DNA of 20,000 bases, taken from an uncultured virus (IMG/VR IMGVR_UViG_3300034279_000149). Lineage: Duplodnaviria; Heunggongvirae; Uroviricota; Caudoviricetes. The notes under the pieces were generated by a model that saw only the letters and a program-made list of their open reading frames with translations, was not told the origin of the DNA and did not search any database. Positions within the stretch are counted from its first letter, which is position 1; each line of letters opens with the position of its first letter. Made by a program: the position numbers and the translations under genes. Location: the IMG/VR virus record IMGVR_UViG_3300034279_000149. The stretch is one strand, 5' to 3'. Positions 1-8,182 of the stretch are shown one piece after another.

Positions 1-1
1 A

Positions 2-259
2 GGTCTGGCAAACTTCGTTGTTATTAATGCAGAGGTATTTACCTTGGTTGACGCTCCTGCCAGCCAGGTTGATTTTGTACCGTTAGTAGCTGAATTAATG
101 ACCATTGTGGACTCCCAAATAGCCCGTGGTTGGTTTAGAATTGATGACGATCAGACAGTAGTTTGGCAGGCTGCGGATAACTCACAAACAGTTACATGGC
201 AACAAGTTGGGAACGAGCAAAACCCGAACTGGACAATAATCAACAATACGCAAGAATAA
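2..259 (+). CDS. C-terminal part of a phage structural (tail-associated) protein, 5'-truncated by the window
   Basis: The frame of ORF 44..259 is open back to position 2 (GLANFVVINAEVFTLVDAP...), so the TTG start at 44 is probably an artefact. It ends in W-x-x-x-D/N-x-x-Q repeats and lies just upstream of the tail fibre gene. Confidence 0.65.
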   Translation, partial: GLANFVVINAEVFTLVDAPASQVDFVPLVAELMTIVDSQIARGWFRIDDDQTVVWQAADNSQTVTWQQVGNEQNPNWTIINNTQE

Positions 260-268
260 GGATTAATC

Positions 269-1243
269 ATGGCATCTACCTTTTCACCCTCGTTACGCAT
301 CGAATTAATCGGTGACGGCGACCAGTCTGGTATCTGGGGTCAGACCACGAACAACAACCTTGGTGCGCTTATTGAACAGGCAATCGCTGGGGTAGTTACT
401 ATTACCATGGTTGACACCAACTACACCATGACCAATTTTAACGGTGTGTCGGACGAAGCACGTAACCAAGTCCTTGTTTTAGAAGGCACAAATACAGCCC
501 AGCGTAACCTGATTGCTCCATTAGTTGAAAAGACCTATACGGTTAAAAATACCACAACTGGGGGCTTTGCAGTGCAAATCATTGGCGCAAGCGGTGTTGG
601 TGTAGTAATTCCAAACGGCGTAACAACTACCGTATATTGTGACGGATTGAACTTTTACCCCAGTATTAATGGCATTGTTGGAAATCTTGTAGTATCAGGC
701 AATGCAACAATAACGGGTAATTTATCGGTTACAGGCACAAACAATATCATCCCAACAGGTACACGGATGCCGTTTGCTCAGGCTGCTGCGCCGACAGGAT
801 TTACACAAGTTACGGACGATACAGCAACTAACCGCATGCTACGGGTGGTAAATACAGCTGGTGGTGGTACAGGTGGTAGCGCAAGCCCAATTTTGATGGA
901 CGTAGTTCCAAACCATACACATACATTTAGCGGCACTACTGTTGGAATGGACCGAGCTACAGTCCACAGTCACACTTCTTCTGTATCAGACCCAGGCCAC
1001 GCACACGCAAATATTATCTCTATTGCGGGTTCAAACCCACAGTTTCGGAGTGCAGGAACGGGTGGAGATGTAATTGGACCTACATCTGATACAGGAACAA
1101 CTGCTGTCGGAACAGGTATTTCTGTAGGTATTGGAAACACTAACCTTGACCACCTTCACGGATTTTCTGGAACAACAAACAGCAATGCTGGCTCTAACTG
1201 GGCGCCACGTTACATTGACATGATTATCTGTACAAAAAACTAA
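269..1243 (+). CDS. Tail fibre protein with a tail-collar-like domain and His-x-His tip
   Basis: SD TAAGGA upstream. Rich in Thr/Gly/Asn/Val with a beta-strand character. Collar-like motif IPTGTRMPFAQAAAPTGF, HxH motifs (HTH, HSH, HAH, HLH) and a C-terminal PRYIDMIICTKN resemble T4 gp12/gp37-type fibre ends. Confidence 0.8.
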   Translation: MASTFSPSLRIELIGDGDQSGIWGQTTNNNLGALIEQAIAGVVTITMVDTNYTMTNFNGVSDEARNQVLVLEGTNTAQRNLIAPLVEKTYTVKNTTTGGFAVQIIGASGVGVVIPNGVTTTVYCDGLNFYPSINGIVGNLVVSGNATITGNLSVTGTNNIIPTGTRMPFAQAAAPTGFTQVTDDTATNRMLRVVNTAGGGTGGSASPILMDVVPNHTHTFSGTTVGMDRATVHSHTSSVSDPGHAHANIISIAGSNPQFRSAGTGGDVIGPTSDTGTTAVGTGISVGIGNTNLDHLHGFSGTTNSNAGSNWAPRYIDMIICTKN

Positions 1244-1560
1244 TGGAACTTAAAACTGTACTTACCTGCCCATTAGGGGCTAAATGCGAAGAAATCAAAG
1301 ATAACGCCATTCATCGGTGTGTTTGGTTTCAGACCTTTGCTGGGGTAAACCCTAGTACTGGTGAGCAGGTAGATGAGAAAGGCTGTTCGATGGCATGGTT
1401 GCCAATTCTCATGATTGAGAACTCAAAACAACAGCGCAGCACCTCGGCAGCGGTGGAGTCATTCCGCAATGAGATGGTTAAATCACAAGAAGCAAGCCAA
1501 CAAGTATTACTTGCAGCAGCGCTGAATAAACCCAGTGCGCTTAAATATGTAGATGAATAA
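1243..1560 (+). CDS. Hypothetical 4-Cys phage protein (possible fibre-associated or assembly factor)
   Basis: TAATG overlap with the fibre stop codon. Cys at residues 9, 15, 26 and 48, followed by a helical C-terminal half. Confidence 0.75.
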   Translation: MELKTVLTCPLGAKCEEIKDNAIHRCVWFQTFAGVNPSTGEQVDEKGCSMAWLPILMIENSKQQRSTSAAVESFRNEMVKSQEASQQVLLAAALNKPSALKYVDE

Positions 1561-1577
1561 GGTGCAAAAATTGATAT

Positions 1578-2033
1578 ATGTCCGATCTGTTGGGTTTGTC
1601 CGAAGGAGCAAAGGGGCTTAGTTCTGGGCTTGATTCTGCTCGTGAAGCGGGCAAGTCTGTCAGTAAGCAGATTGAAAACATACAAAAAGACGCCGTAGAT
1701 GTAGCCCAGCAGAAAGCGCAAGAGCGCATACGGGCAAGGCGAGAGGCAGAATTTAAGAAGGAACGAGCGCTGATTAAAGCGCTTGATGAGTGGAAGCGAA
1801 AGAAACAAATCTCCGATGAGGAGGCTGATTTAAAGATTAAATTTGTAAGGCAGTACGGTGCTAAAGAATGGGATGCACTGCTTAGAATTAAGTTGGATAT
1901 TGAGAATATGGAACGCAAGAACAACGAAGAGTTCCAGCATGATTTAAAGGCAGTAAGGCGGGTGCAGTTCTATTGTTTTATGGCGGCATTGTTTGTGACG
2001 TTGTGGCTTAAGTTTATTTTAGGAGCGTTTTAA
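1578..2033 (+). CDS. Coiled-coil protein with a C-terminal transmembrane anchor (lysis-cassette associated, function unknown)
   Basis: TAAGGT upstream. Highly charged helical body followed by the hydrophobic tail FYCFMAALFVTLWLKFILGAF. Confidence 0.75.
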   Translation: MSDLLGLSEGAKGLSSGLDSAREAGKSVSKQIENIQKDAVDVAQQKAQERIRARREAEFKKERALIKALDEWKRKKQISDEEADLKIKFVRQYGAKEWDALLRIKLDIENMERKNNEEFQHDLKAVRRVQFYCFMAALFVTLWLKFILGAF

Positions 2034-2398
2034 TGAGTGAAAAAGAAACATATATTGATACCGCCAAAGAAGTTGCTGGTAAAGCAATTGGTCGGCACGG
2101 CTTAATCTATATAACCATCATTGTGGCTATGGGGGTTGGCGCTTCTGTAGTACTGGAAGAGGGTAAAATGGCTGCCGTAATGGGTCTTTTGGGTGCGTCA
2201 TTAACCGCCCTAATCTCCATGCTAAACGGTGTTGCTGGCGCTACGCCAAAGCAAGATAAACCTGAGTTTGAGATTATGAAAGAACTCATCAATCGCTTAG
2301 ATGGTATGGCAGACCGTGATCCGATGAGCGTGGAAGTCAAAGGCGATACTGTAGTTGTTAAAAAGGGTGACCACGAAACTACTGTAGGGCGAAAATAA
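2033..2398 (+). CDS. Two-TM membrane protein (holin/antiholin-like candidate)
   Basis: AGGAG SD and TAATG coupling. Two hydrophobic segments (LIYITIIVAMGVGASVVL; MAAVMGLLGASLTALISML) and a charged C-terminus. Confidence 0.7.
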   Translation: MSEKETYIDTAKEVAGKAIGRHGLIYITIIVAMGVGASVVLEEGKMAAVMGLLGASLTALISMLNGVAGATPKQDKPEFEIMKELINRLDGMADRDPMSVEVKGDTVVVKKGDHETTVGRK

Positions 2399-2904
2399 TG
2401 ATGGACACCCTAATTGGACTTCTTAAAGGCGTTGCTCCTGTTCTGGCTACTGCTGTTGCTGGTCCTGCTGGTGGAGCTGCTGTGGGCTGGATTGCTTCTA
2501 AACTTGGCATCCCTGACGATACTATCGAAGGTGTAACTGCTGCACTGCAAGGTAATCCTGAAATGGCAATGAAGCTCAAAGAACTTGACCTTGAGTATGC
2601 TAAGTTAGACGCGGCAGACAGGGACTCAGCCCGCAAAGCCTATGCCCAAGTAGCTACTAGCGAGAACGCTACTAAGCTGGATAAGTCGGTAGTGCCTATT
2701 CTTGCGCTCGGCACGGTTTCCCTTGCGTTTATGTTTATTGCCATTCTGATGTTCCGTGACGTGCCAGTAGACCAGCAGCAGATGGTGATCTTTGCGCTAG
2801 GGTTTATTACTAGTTCGGCTGGTCAGGTGCTGTCGTTTTACTTCGGATCAAGCCAAGGCAGTAAAGACAAAAACAAAGAAATTCAGGAGCTAATGAAAAA
2901 ATGA
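2398..2904 (+). CDS. Putative holin
   Basis: N-terminal Gly/Ala hydrophobic segment, two C-terminal TM helices ending in SFYFGSS, and a basic tail. ATGA overlap with the endolysin gene. Confidence 0.7.
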   Translation: MMDTLIGLLKGVAPVLATAVAGPAGGAAVGWIASKLGIPDDTIEGVTAALQGNPEMAMKLKELDLEYAKLDAADRDSARKAYAQVATSENATKLDKSVVPILALGTVSLAFMFIAILMFRDVPVDQQQMVIFALGFITSSAGQVLSFYFGSSQGSKDKNKEIQELMKK

Positions 2905-3359
2905 CCAAACTAACTGAACACTTTTCCCTTGCCGAACTAACCGTATCTGATATTGGTGCACGTAACGGCTGGGATAATACCCCGAATGAAACAGAAACTG
3001 CTAACCTTGAGCGCTTGGCTTTAATGCTAGAGGACGTACGTGATTTACTTGGTAAGCCGATTTTAATAAATAGTGCGTTTCGTTCCAAGCAGGTAAACGA
3101 CGGGGTAGGTTCTAAAGATTCGTCACAACATCGTATTGGGTGTGCTGCTGATATTAGGGTCCCAGGTATGAACCCAGACCAAGTTTGCCGTGCGATTATT
3201 GATGCTAAGTTACCGTACGATCAGATTATTCGTGAGTTCTATAACCCTGAAACCAATGCTGGTGGCTGGACACATATCTCGGTACCCAATACAAAAGACA
3301 TGACACCACGCCGACAAGCGCTTATCATTGATAAGCAGGGTACACGTTCATTTTCCTAG
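2901..3359 (+). CDS. Endolysin, peptidase M15A family (Zn-dependent)
   Basis: AGGAG SD. Motifs LTEHFSLAEL, INSAFRS (SGYR-like), SQHRIGCAAD (H-x6-D) and WTHIS (third Zn ligand). Confidence 0.9.
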   Translation: MTKLTEHFSLAELTVSDIGARNGWDNTPNETETANLERLALMLEDVRDLLGKPILINSAFRSKQVNDGVGSKDSSQHRIGCAADIRVPGMNPDQVCRAIIDAKLPYDQIIREFYNPETNAGGWTHISVPNTKDMTPRRQALIIDKQGTRSFS

Positions 3360-3367
3360 GGTAAACC

Positions 3368-5590
3368 ATGCCATTACAGAAACTCCAGTTCAGACCAGGG
3401 CTTAACCGCGAAGGAACGGATTACAGCAACGAGGGCGGTTATTTTGACTGCGACAAGGTGCGTTTTCGTTCTGGCTTTCCTGAAAAGATTGGCGGATGGA
3501 TTCGCCTGTCTAACGACACGTTTCTGGGCGTAGCCCGTGCACTGTGGAACTGGGTTACTTTAAACGGTGCTAACTTATTGGGTGTTGGCACTAACCTTAA
3601 ATACTATATTGAGCAGGGTGGTGACTATAACGACGTTACACCCATTCGTGCCACATTTACTACCGCATCTACGCCGACTACAAACAACATTATTAAAACG
3701 ACTAATGGCTCTAATGTCATTACGATTGACTACGCAAACTACGGTGGTATATCAGGTGACTTTGTAACCATTAGCGGCGCTACTGCAGTGGGCGGAATAC
3801 CCGCCGATCAGTTAAACGCAGAACATCAGATTACGTATGTAGACTTAGACACCTTTACGTTTACCGTAGCAAGCAATGCAACTTCAACTGCCACTGGCGG
3901 GGGCACAGCTATTGTTATGGCGTTTCAAATCCAGACTGGTTTGGACACCTTTATTGTTGGCACTGGCTGGGGTGCAGGAACTTGGCCTTCTTATATAAAC
4001 ACAACCTTAACAAACCCATTTACTGCCGCTAGTATCGGGGTTTCTGTTCTTACGGTTACTCAGGCAGGTCATGGTTTAACCAGCGGCGACTACGTATATT
4101 TTTCTAGTATTTCTGCTGATGCTTGCGGAATCAACCGTTTAGTACTGCAAAAGGCGTTTCCAATTACCGTTACTAGTTCAAGCACCTACACTATATCAAC
4201 TGTTATAGGCGGCTTTACTTACTTAACTACTTCGACTGCAGCATCTGGCGGTACGGTTGTAGTATCAACTCCTGTGGCTCCTGTACGGGGCTGGGGCGCT
4301 GCAGCGGCTGTGGGTATTGGTCAGCAGTTACGCCTTTGGACAAACGATAACTTTGGGCAAGATTTAATTATTGCCCCTCGTGGTGGCGCTATTTATTACT
4401 GGAACGCAACTACTGGCGTTTCTGTACGAGCGGTAGAATTAAGTACTTTAGCTTCTGGCGCAACGGTTCCAGGCACTTCTTATACTTACCAAGACTTTGT
4501 TCCAAACCAAACAAATCAAATTATTGGCTCCTCAATTCAGCGTTTTGTAATTACGTTTGGTTCAAATCCATATGACCCAACTAATCCAACTACACCTTTT
4601 GACCCCCTTTTAGTACGCTGGTCTGACCAAGAAAATCCGTTTTTATGGGTTCCAGAAGCCACAAACCAATCAGGTGAGTACCGCCTAAATATTGGTTCGT
4701 TTATTATGTGCGCAAAATCTACCCGCCAAGAGATTTTGGTTTGGTCAGACGCTGCTATTTACTCCATGCAGTATTTAGGACCTCCTTATGTTTGGGGTTT
4801 CCAGTTGTTGCAAGACAACATAACCATCATGTCACCTAATGCGGCGATTACGGTAAACAACGTGACTTACTGGATGGGTACAGATAAGTTCTTCTCATAT
4901 ACAGGTCGTGTGGAAACTTTGCCATGTACGCTGTGGCAGTTCGTCTTTGACGACATTAATAAAGACCAAGCGTTCCAAGTGTTTGCTGGATCAAATGAGT
5001 CCTACAACGAGGTATGGTGGTTCTACTGCTCGCAAAACAGTAATGCAGTCGACAAGTACATTATTTACAACTACCTTGAGCGGGTATGGTCGTACGGCAC
5101 AATGGCTAGAACGGCTTGGTTAGACTCAGGTTTGCGTCAGTTCCCAATGGCTGCCTATCCAACAGGCAATAAGATCTTGTTCCATGAAGCCAACGTAGAT
5201 GACGTATCAGGGTTAACCCCAGTACCGATTGAGGCGTATATTCAGTCTTCTGACTTTGACATTGGTGACGGACATAACTTTGGTTTTGTGTGGCGTATCC
5301 TACCAGACATTACGTTTAACGGCTCAAATGCAAACCAGCCATCGGTTACGATGACCCTGCGCCCACGGCAGAACTCAGGAACACCTTATGGTAGGGCAGA
5401 TAGACCTCAAGTAGCCAGTACGCAGAACTACACCAGCCGCAATACCTACGAGGTTCAAGAGTTTGATGGGCAGGTTTATACCCGCTTACGTGCTCGCCAA
5501 ATGAGCTTTCGGATTGAGTCAAGCGGTTTAGGAGTAGCTTGGCAGTTAGGTAGCCCACGTATTGATATTAGACCTGACGGTAGACGTTAA
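3368..5590 (+). CDS. Tail hub/nozzle-like virion protein (positional analogue of P22 gp10 / tail tubular protein B)
   Basis: 740 aa, beta-rich and Trp-rich. VRWSDQENP motif of stabilisation/nozzle proteins, C-terminal RIDIRPDGRR, two inserted small beta domains, and a position ahead of the ejection genes. Confidence 0.7.
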   Translation: MPLQKLQFRPGLNREGTDYSNEGGYFDCDKVRFRSGFPEKIGGWIRLSNDTFLGVARALWNWVTLNGANLLGVGTNLKYYIEQGGDYNDVTPIRATFTTASTPTTNNIIKTTNGSNVITIDYANYGGISGDFVTISGATAVGGIPADQLNAEHQITYVDLDTFTFTVASNATSTATGGGTAIVMAFQIQTGLDTFIVGTGWGAGTWPSYINTTLTNPFTAASIGVSVLTVTQAGHGLTSGDYVYFSSISADACGINRLVLQKAFPITVTSSSTYTISTVIGGFTYLTTSTAASGGTVVVSTPVAPVRGWGAAAAVGIGQQLRLWTNDNFGQDLIIAPRGGAIYYWNATTGVSVRAVELSTLASGATVPGTSYTYQDFVPNQTNQIIGSSIQRFVITFGSNPYDPTNPTTPFDPLLVRWSDQENPFLWVPEATNQSGEYRLNIGSFIMCAKSTRQEILVWSDAAIYSMQYLGPPYVWGFQLLQDNITIMSPNAAITVNNVTYWMGTDKFFSYTGRVETLPCTLWQFVFDDINKDQAFQVFAGSNESYNEVWWFYCSQNSNAVDKYIIYNYLERVWSYGTMARTAWLDSGLRQFPMAAYPTGNKILFHEANVDDVSGLTPVPIEAYIQSSDFDIGDGHNFGFVWRILPDITFNGSNANQPSVTMTLRPRQNSGTPYGRADRPQVASTQNYTSRNTYEVQEFDGQVYTRLRARQMSFRIESSGLGVAWQLGSPRIDIRPDGRR

Positions 5591-6261
5591 TGGCATATAC
5601 CCCGTTACGCCCCCCGAAAGCGCCCAATTTACTAGTCGCGCCTATTGTTTATGACCAGCGTTACGTAGACCAGCTTACTAATGCCCTGCGTTTGTACTTT
5701 AACCAGATTGATAACGGCATGGCGTTTTTGCTGTCTGGCACAGGCGGGGCTAGTCTAAGTTTGCCGTTTATTGCTGCATCTGACTCAACCGACCAGATTG
5801 CAACAGACTCTAATACCCCTGCGGTTGTGAAATGGAATACGCTTGATGGAGGTAACGGATTTACTCTAAATGCTCCTGGATCGGCTACGGCGCTTGTGTC
5901 GGGTGTGTATAAAATTACATATAGCCTTCAGTTTACAAATACGGACAATGCCGCCCATGATGCTGCGGTTTGGTTAAAAATCAATAACATTGATGTACCC
6001 CGCTCAACAACCATATTTACTGTGCCAGCCCGTAAAAGCGCTGGGGTATTTAGTTATGTCTGTGCCTACTCAGAAGTCGTGTTTTCTTTAGAGGCTGGTG
6101 ATGAGATGGAGCTGTACTGGGCAACTGGGCAATCGTATCGGGTTTCACCAGCAAGAGACGGTATTTACATAGAAGCATTAGCTGCTCAAACTAGCCCATA
6201 TACCAGACCTGCAACCCCGTCTGCATTAGGCTCAATTACCTTTGTTTCTAGGCTTCCATAG
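5590..6261 (+). CDS. Virion protein with an N-terminal helix and a C1q/BclA-C-like head (tail plug/needle candidate)
   Basis: TAATG coupling. Helix YVDQLTNALRLYFNQID, then the C1q-like pattern SGVYKITYSLQF...WLKIN...LEAGDEMELYW. Occupies the P22 gene 26 position. Confidence 0.6.
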   Translation: MAYTPLRPPKAPNLLVAPIVYDQRYVDQLTNALRLYFNQIDNGMAFLLSGTGGASLSLPFIAASDSTDQIATDSNTPAVVKWNTLDGGNGFTLNAPGSATALVSGVYKITYSLQFTNTDNAAHDAAVWLKINNIDVPRSTTIFTVPARKSAGVFSYVCAYSEVVFSLEAGDEMELYWATGQSYRVSPARDGIYIEALAAQTSPYTRPATPSALGSITFVSRLP

Positions 6262-6273
6262 GGGACATAACAA

Positions 6274-6303
6274 TGATAAAGTACTACTTAATTTAGACGA
6301 GGT
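6274..6303 (+). promoter_or_regulatory. Possible extended -10 promoter (TGaTAAAGT) and SD (GAGGT) for the ejection module
   Basis: Lies in the longest intergenic gap of the late operon, which is AT-rich. TGn-TAAAGT at 6274-6282 and GAGGT at 6299-6303. Confidence 0.3.
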
Positions 6304-6308
6304 GTGAT

Positions 6309-7769
6309 ATGGCTGGTGGCGGCGTAGGCGAGGCAATGTTAATTGGAGCAGCGGTAGGTGCTACTGCTGGCGGTGCTGGTGCGGCTATTCAAGGCGGTGA
6401 CCCACTTAAAGGCGCACTTACTGGCGGTGCTTTAGGCGCTGTTGGGGGTGGTTTAGGGGCTGGTGTTGGCGCCGCTGGTGGCGCTGGAGCTGGTGGAGCT
6501 GGTGGCGCTACGGCTGGTACAACTGCGGGAACTACGGCTGGTACAACTGCGGGAACTACGGCTGGTACTACAGGAAGTGTTTTTGGTGGCGCTAGTGAAG
6601 GTATTGCTGGGGCTACAAATTTAGGTTCTTCTATTAGTGGTGGCACTGGGGCTACAGGCGGCGCTGGTATTGGGGATGTATTTGCTGGATTTTCTCCTAC
6701 GGGTTCAGCCGCTGGTACTGCTGGCGCTACTGTCCCTGCTGGAGGGTATGGCGTTGCTGGTGGTAGTGCTGGAACTACAGGTGGTGTAACTGCTGGAACT
6801 ACAGGTGGTAAAGCACCCCCCGTTACTAATGTATTTGGTCAAACTGCTGGAACTCCTGGATATTTATCAAATACGGCTTTAGGTATGACCGCTGCAACTT
6901 CTGGTATTGCTGGCGCTTCACAAGCTGAAAGAGCGCAGTTTGGTATGCCTCCTGGCGAAGAATACGATGGTCCTTTAAGCAGGCTCAGATACGATCCAGA
7001 TCAATTTAGGGCTTCTGAACCTACTTATGCTCCTGGCAGTGTGTATCGCCCAACTTATGCTGCTGAGGGGGGAATTATGCAAGCCTTCCAATCTGGTGGG
7101 CCTGTTGAACGCATGAGTCAAATGAACACGGCATTAAACCCACAAGGCGGTTTGTACCCACAAGGCATGATTGATAAGACCCAATATGCTGTTCCTACTC
7201 AGCGTCCTACTAGTATGGAAGTACTAGATGCAGGTGCCCAAAGAACGTTTGCTGCTGGTGGTATTGTTCGTTATGCTCCTGGTGGCATGATTGATCCGTC
7301 TATGGGTATTGCTGCAGCACAGCAATCTAATCAACAATCTACAGGATCTTCAGGTATTGATAACCTCATGGGTAACAAAAAACGTATGTTAACCAAAGAA
7401 CAGATGGACGCCGTTGCATTGCAAGGCATGTCTAAAGACGCTATGCAAGATGTTTATGGGCAGATGGCAGCACAGGGTTTAGCTAAAGGCGGTCAGTTAG
7501 GAGGATACTCAGATGGTGGCAGGATGCTTAAAGGGCCTGGTGATGGGATGTCTGACTCTATTCCTGGGGTTATTGCTAACAAACAGCCTGCCCGACTGGC
7601 TGACGGGGAATTCGTGGTTCCTGCTGATGTGGTCTCTCATCTAGGCAATGGCTCTACTGATGCGGGTGCTAAACAACTTTACGCCATGATGAACCGAGTA
7701 CGTAAAGCCCGCACGGGGAACTCCAAGCAGGGCAAGCAAATTAAACCAGCTAAGTACATGGCTGCTTAA
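6309..7769 (+). CDS. Internal virion/DNA ejection protein, Gly/Ala/Thr-rich
   Basis: Glycine-zipper-like N-terminus and repeated [FY]xxGG motifs. The C-terminal GPGDGMSDSIP...ARLADGEFVVPADVVS domain resembles the C-terminal motif of tape-measure proteins. Confidence 0.7.
   Translation: MAGGGVGEAMLIGAAVGATAGGAGAAIQGGDPLKGALTGGALGAVGGGLGAGVGAAGGAGAGGAGGATAGTTAGTTAGTTAGTTAGTTGSVFGGASEGIAGATNLGSSISGGTGATGGAGIGDVFAGFSPTGSAAGTAGATVPAGGYGVAGGSAGTTGGVTAGTTGGKAPPVTNVFGQTAGTPGYLSNTALGMTAATSGIAGASQAERAQFGMPPGEEYDGPLSRLRYDPDQFRASEPTYAPGSVYRPTYAAEGGIMQAFQSGGPVERMSQMNTALNPQGGLYPQGMIDKTQYAVPTQRPTSMEVLDAGAQRTFAAGGIVRYAPGGMIDPSMGIAAAQQSNQQSTGSSGIDNLMGNKKRMLTKEQMDAVALQGMSKDAMQDVYGQMAAQGLAKGGQLGGYSDGGRMLKGPGDGMSDSIPGVIANKQPARLADGEFVVPADVVSHLGNGSTDAGAKQLYAMMNRVRKARTGNSKQGKQIKPAKYMAA
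6508..6568 (+). repeat. 24-bp tandem repeat (about 2.5 copies) encoding (TAGT)n
   Basis: CTACGGCTGGTACAACTGCGGGAA at 6508-6531 and 6532-6555, with a partial copy at 6556-6568. Confidence 0.9.
6767..6809 (+). repeat. 19-bp direct repeat with a 24-bp period (AGTTGG x2)
   Basis: TGCTGGAACTACAGGTGGT at 6767-6785 and 6791-6809. Confidence 0.85.
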
Positions 7770-8182
7770 TGAAGTTAACGGTTCAACCAGTAGGAATACA
7801 GTACGTCCATAAGATATGGCCTTTAGTAGAAGAACTGTTTGAAAAAGCAAACAAACACGATACTGGGGACTACACCTTAGATCAGATTAGAGGTTTACTG
7901 GCTACAGGTTCCTGGGTATTATTAGTAGCAACGGACGAAGAAAATGTTATCCACGGTGCGGCATCGGTGAGTTTTTACAATATGCCTAACTATCGAGTTG
8001 GATTTATTACTGCAATGGCTGGTAAAGCAATTGTGAATGAAGATGTTTATGGGCAGGTTTGTAGCTTTATAAAGGCGAACGGAGCTACACGAGTTCAATG
8101 CGCTGCTAGAGAATCTGCTGCACGGCTGTACAAGCAAGTTGGTATGGAAGAACGCCACATTATTATGGAAACGAAGCTATGA
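7769..8182 (+). CDS. GNAT-fold-like virion assembly protein (positional analogue of P22 gp14 / T7 gp13)
   Basis: 137 aa with FITAMAGK...FIKANGATRVQCAARESAARLYKQVGM, resembling GNAT motifs A and B. Coupled to both neighbouring ejection genes (TAATG and ATGA). Confidence 0.65.
   Translation: MKLTVQPVGIQYVHKIWPLVEELFEKANKHDTGDYTLDQIRGLLATGSWVLLVATDEENVIHGAASVSFYNMPNYRVGFITAMAGKAIVNEDVYGQVCSFIKANGATRVQCAARESAARLYKQVGMEERHIIMETKL

Noticed and set aside
900..1243. Diversity-generating retroelement target at the fibre C-terminus
   Set aside because: I saw no template repeat or reverse transcriptase in the window.
2398..2403. Lambda S-type dual-start holin motif
   Set aside because: Met-Met has no intervening basic residue and is explained by the TAATG coupling.
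1329..3088. Minus-strand ORFs 1329..1808, 1541..1924, 2107..2340, 2379..2636 and 2810..3088
   Set aside because: They are antisense shadows of well-supported, translationally coupled + strand genes and show no motifs.
6508..6568. Tandem repeat as a possible CRISPR array or iteron set
   Set aside because: It has no spacers and is an in-frame coding repeat.
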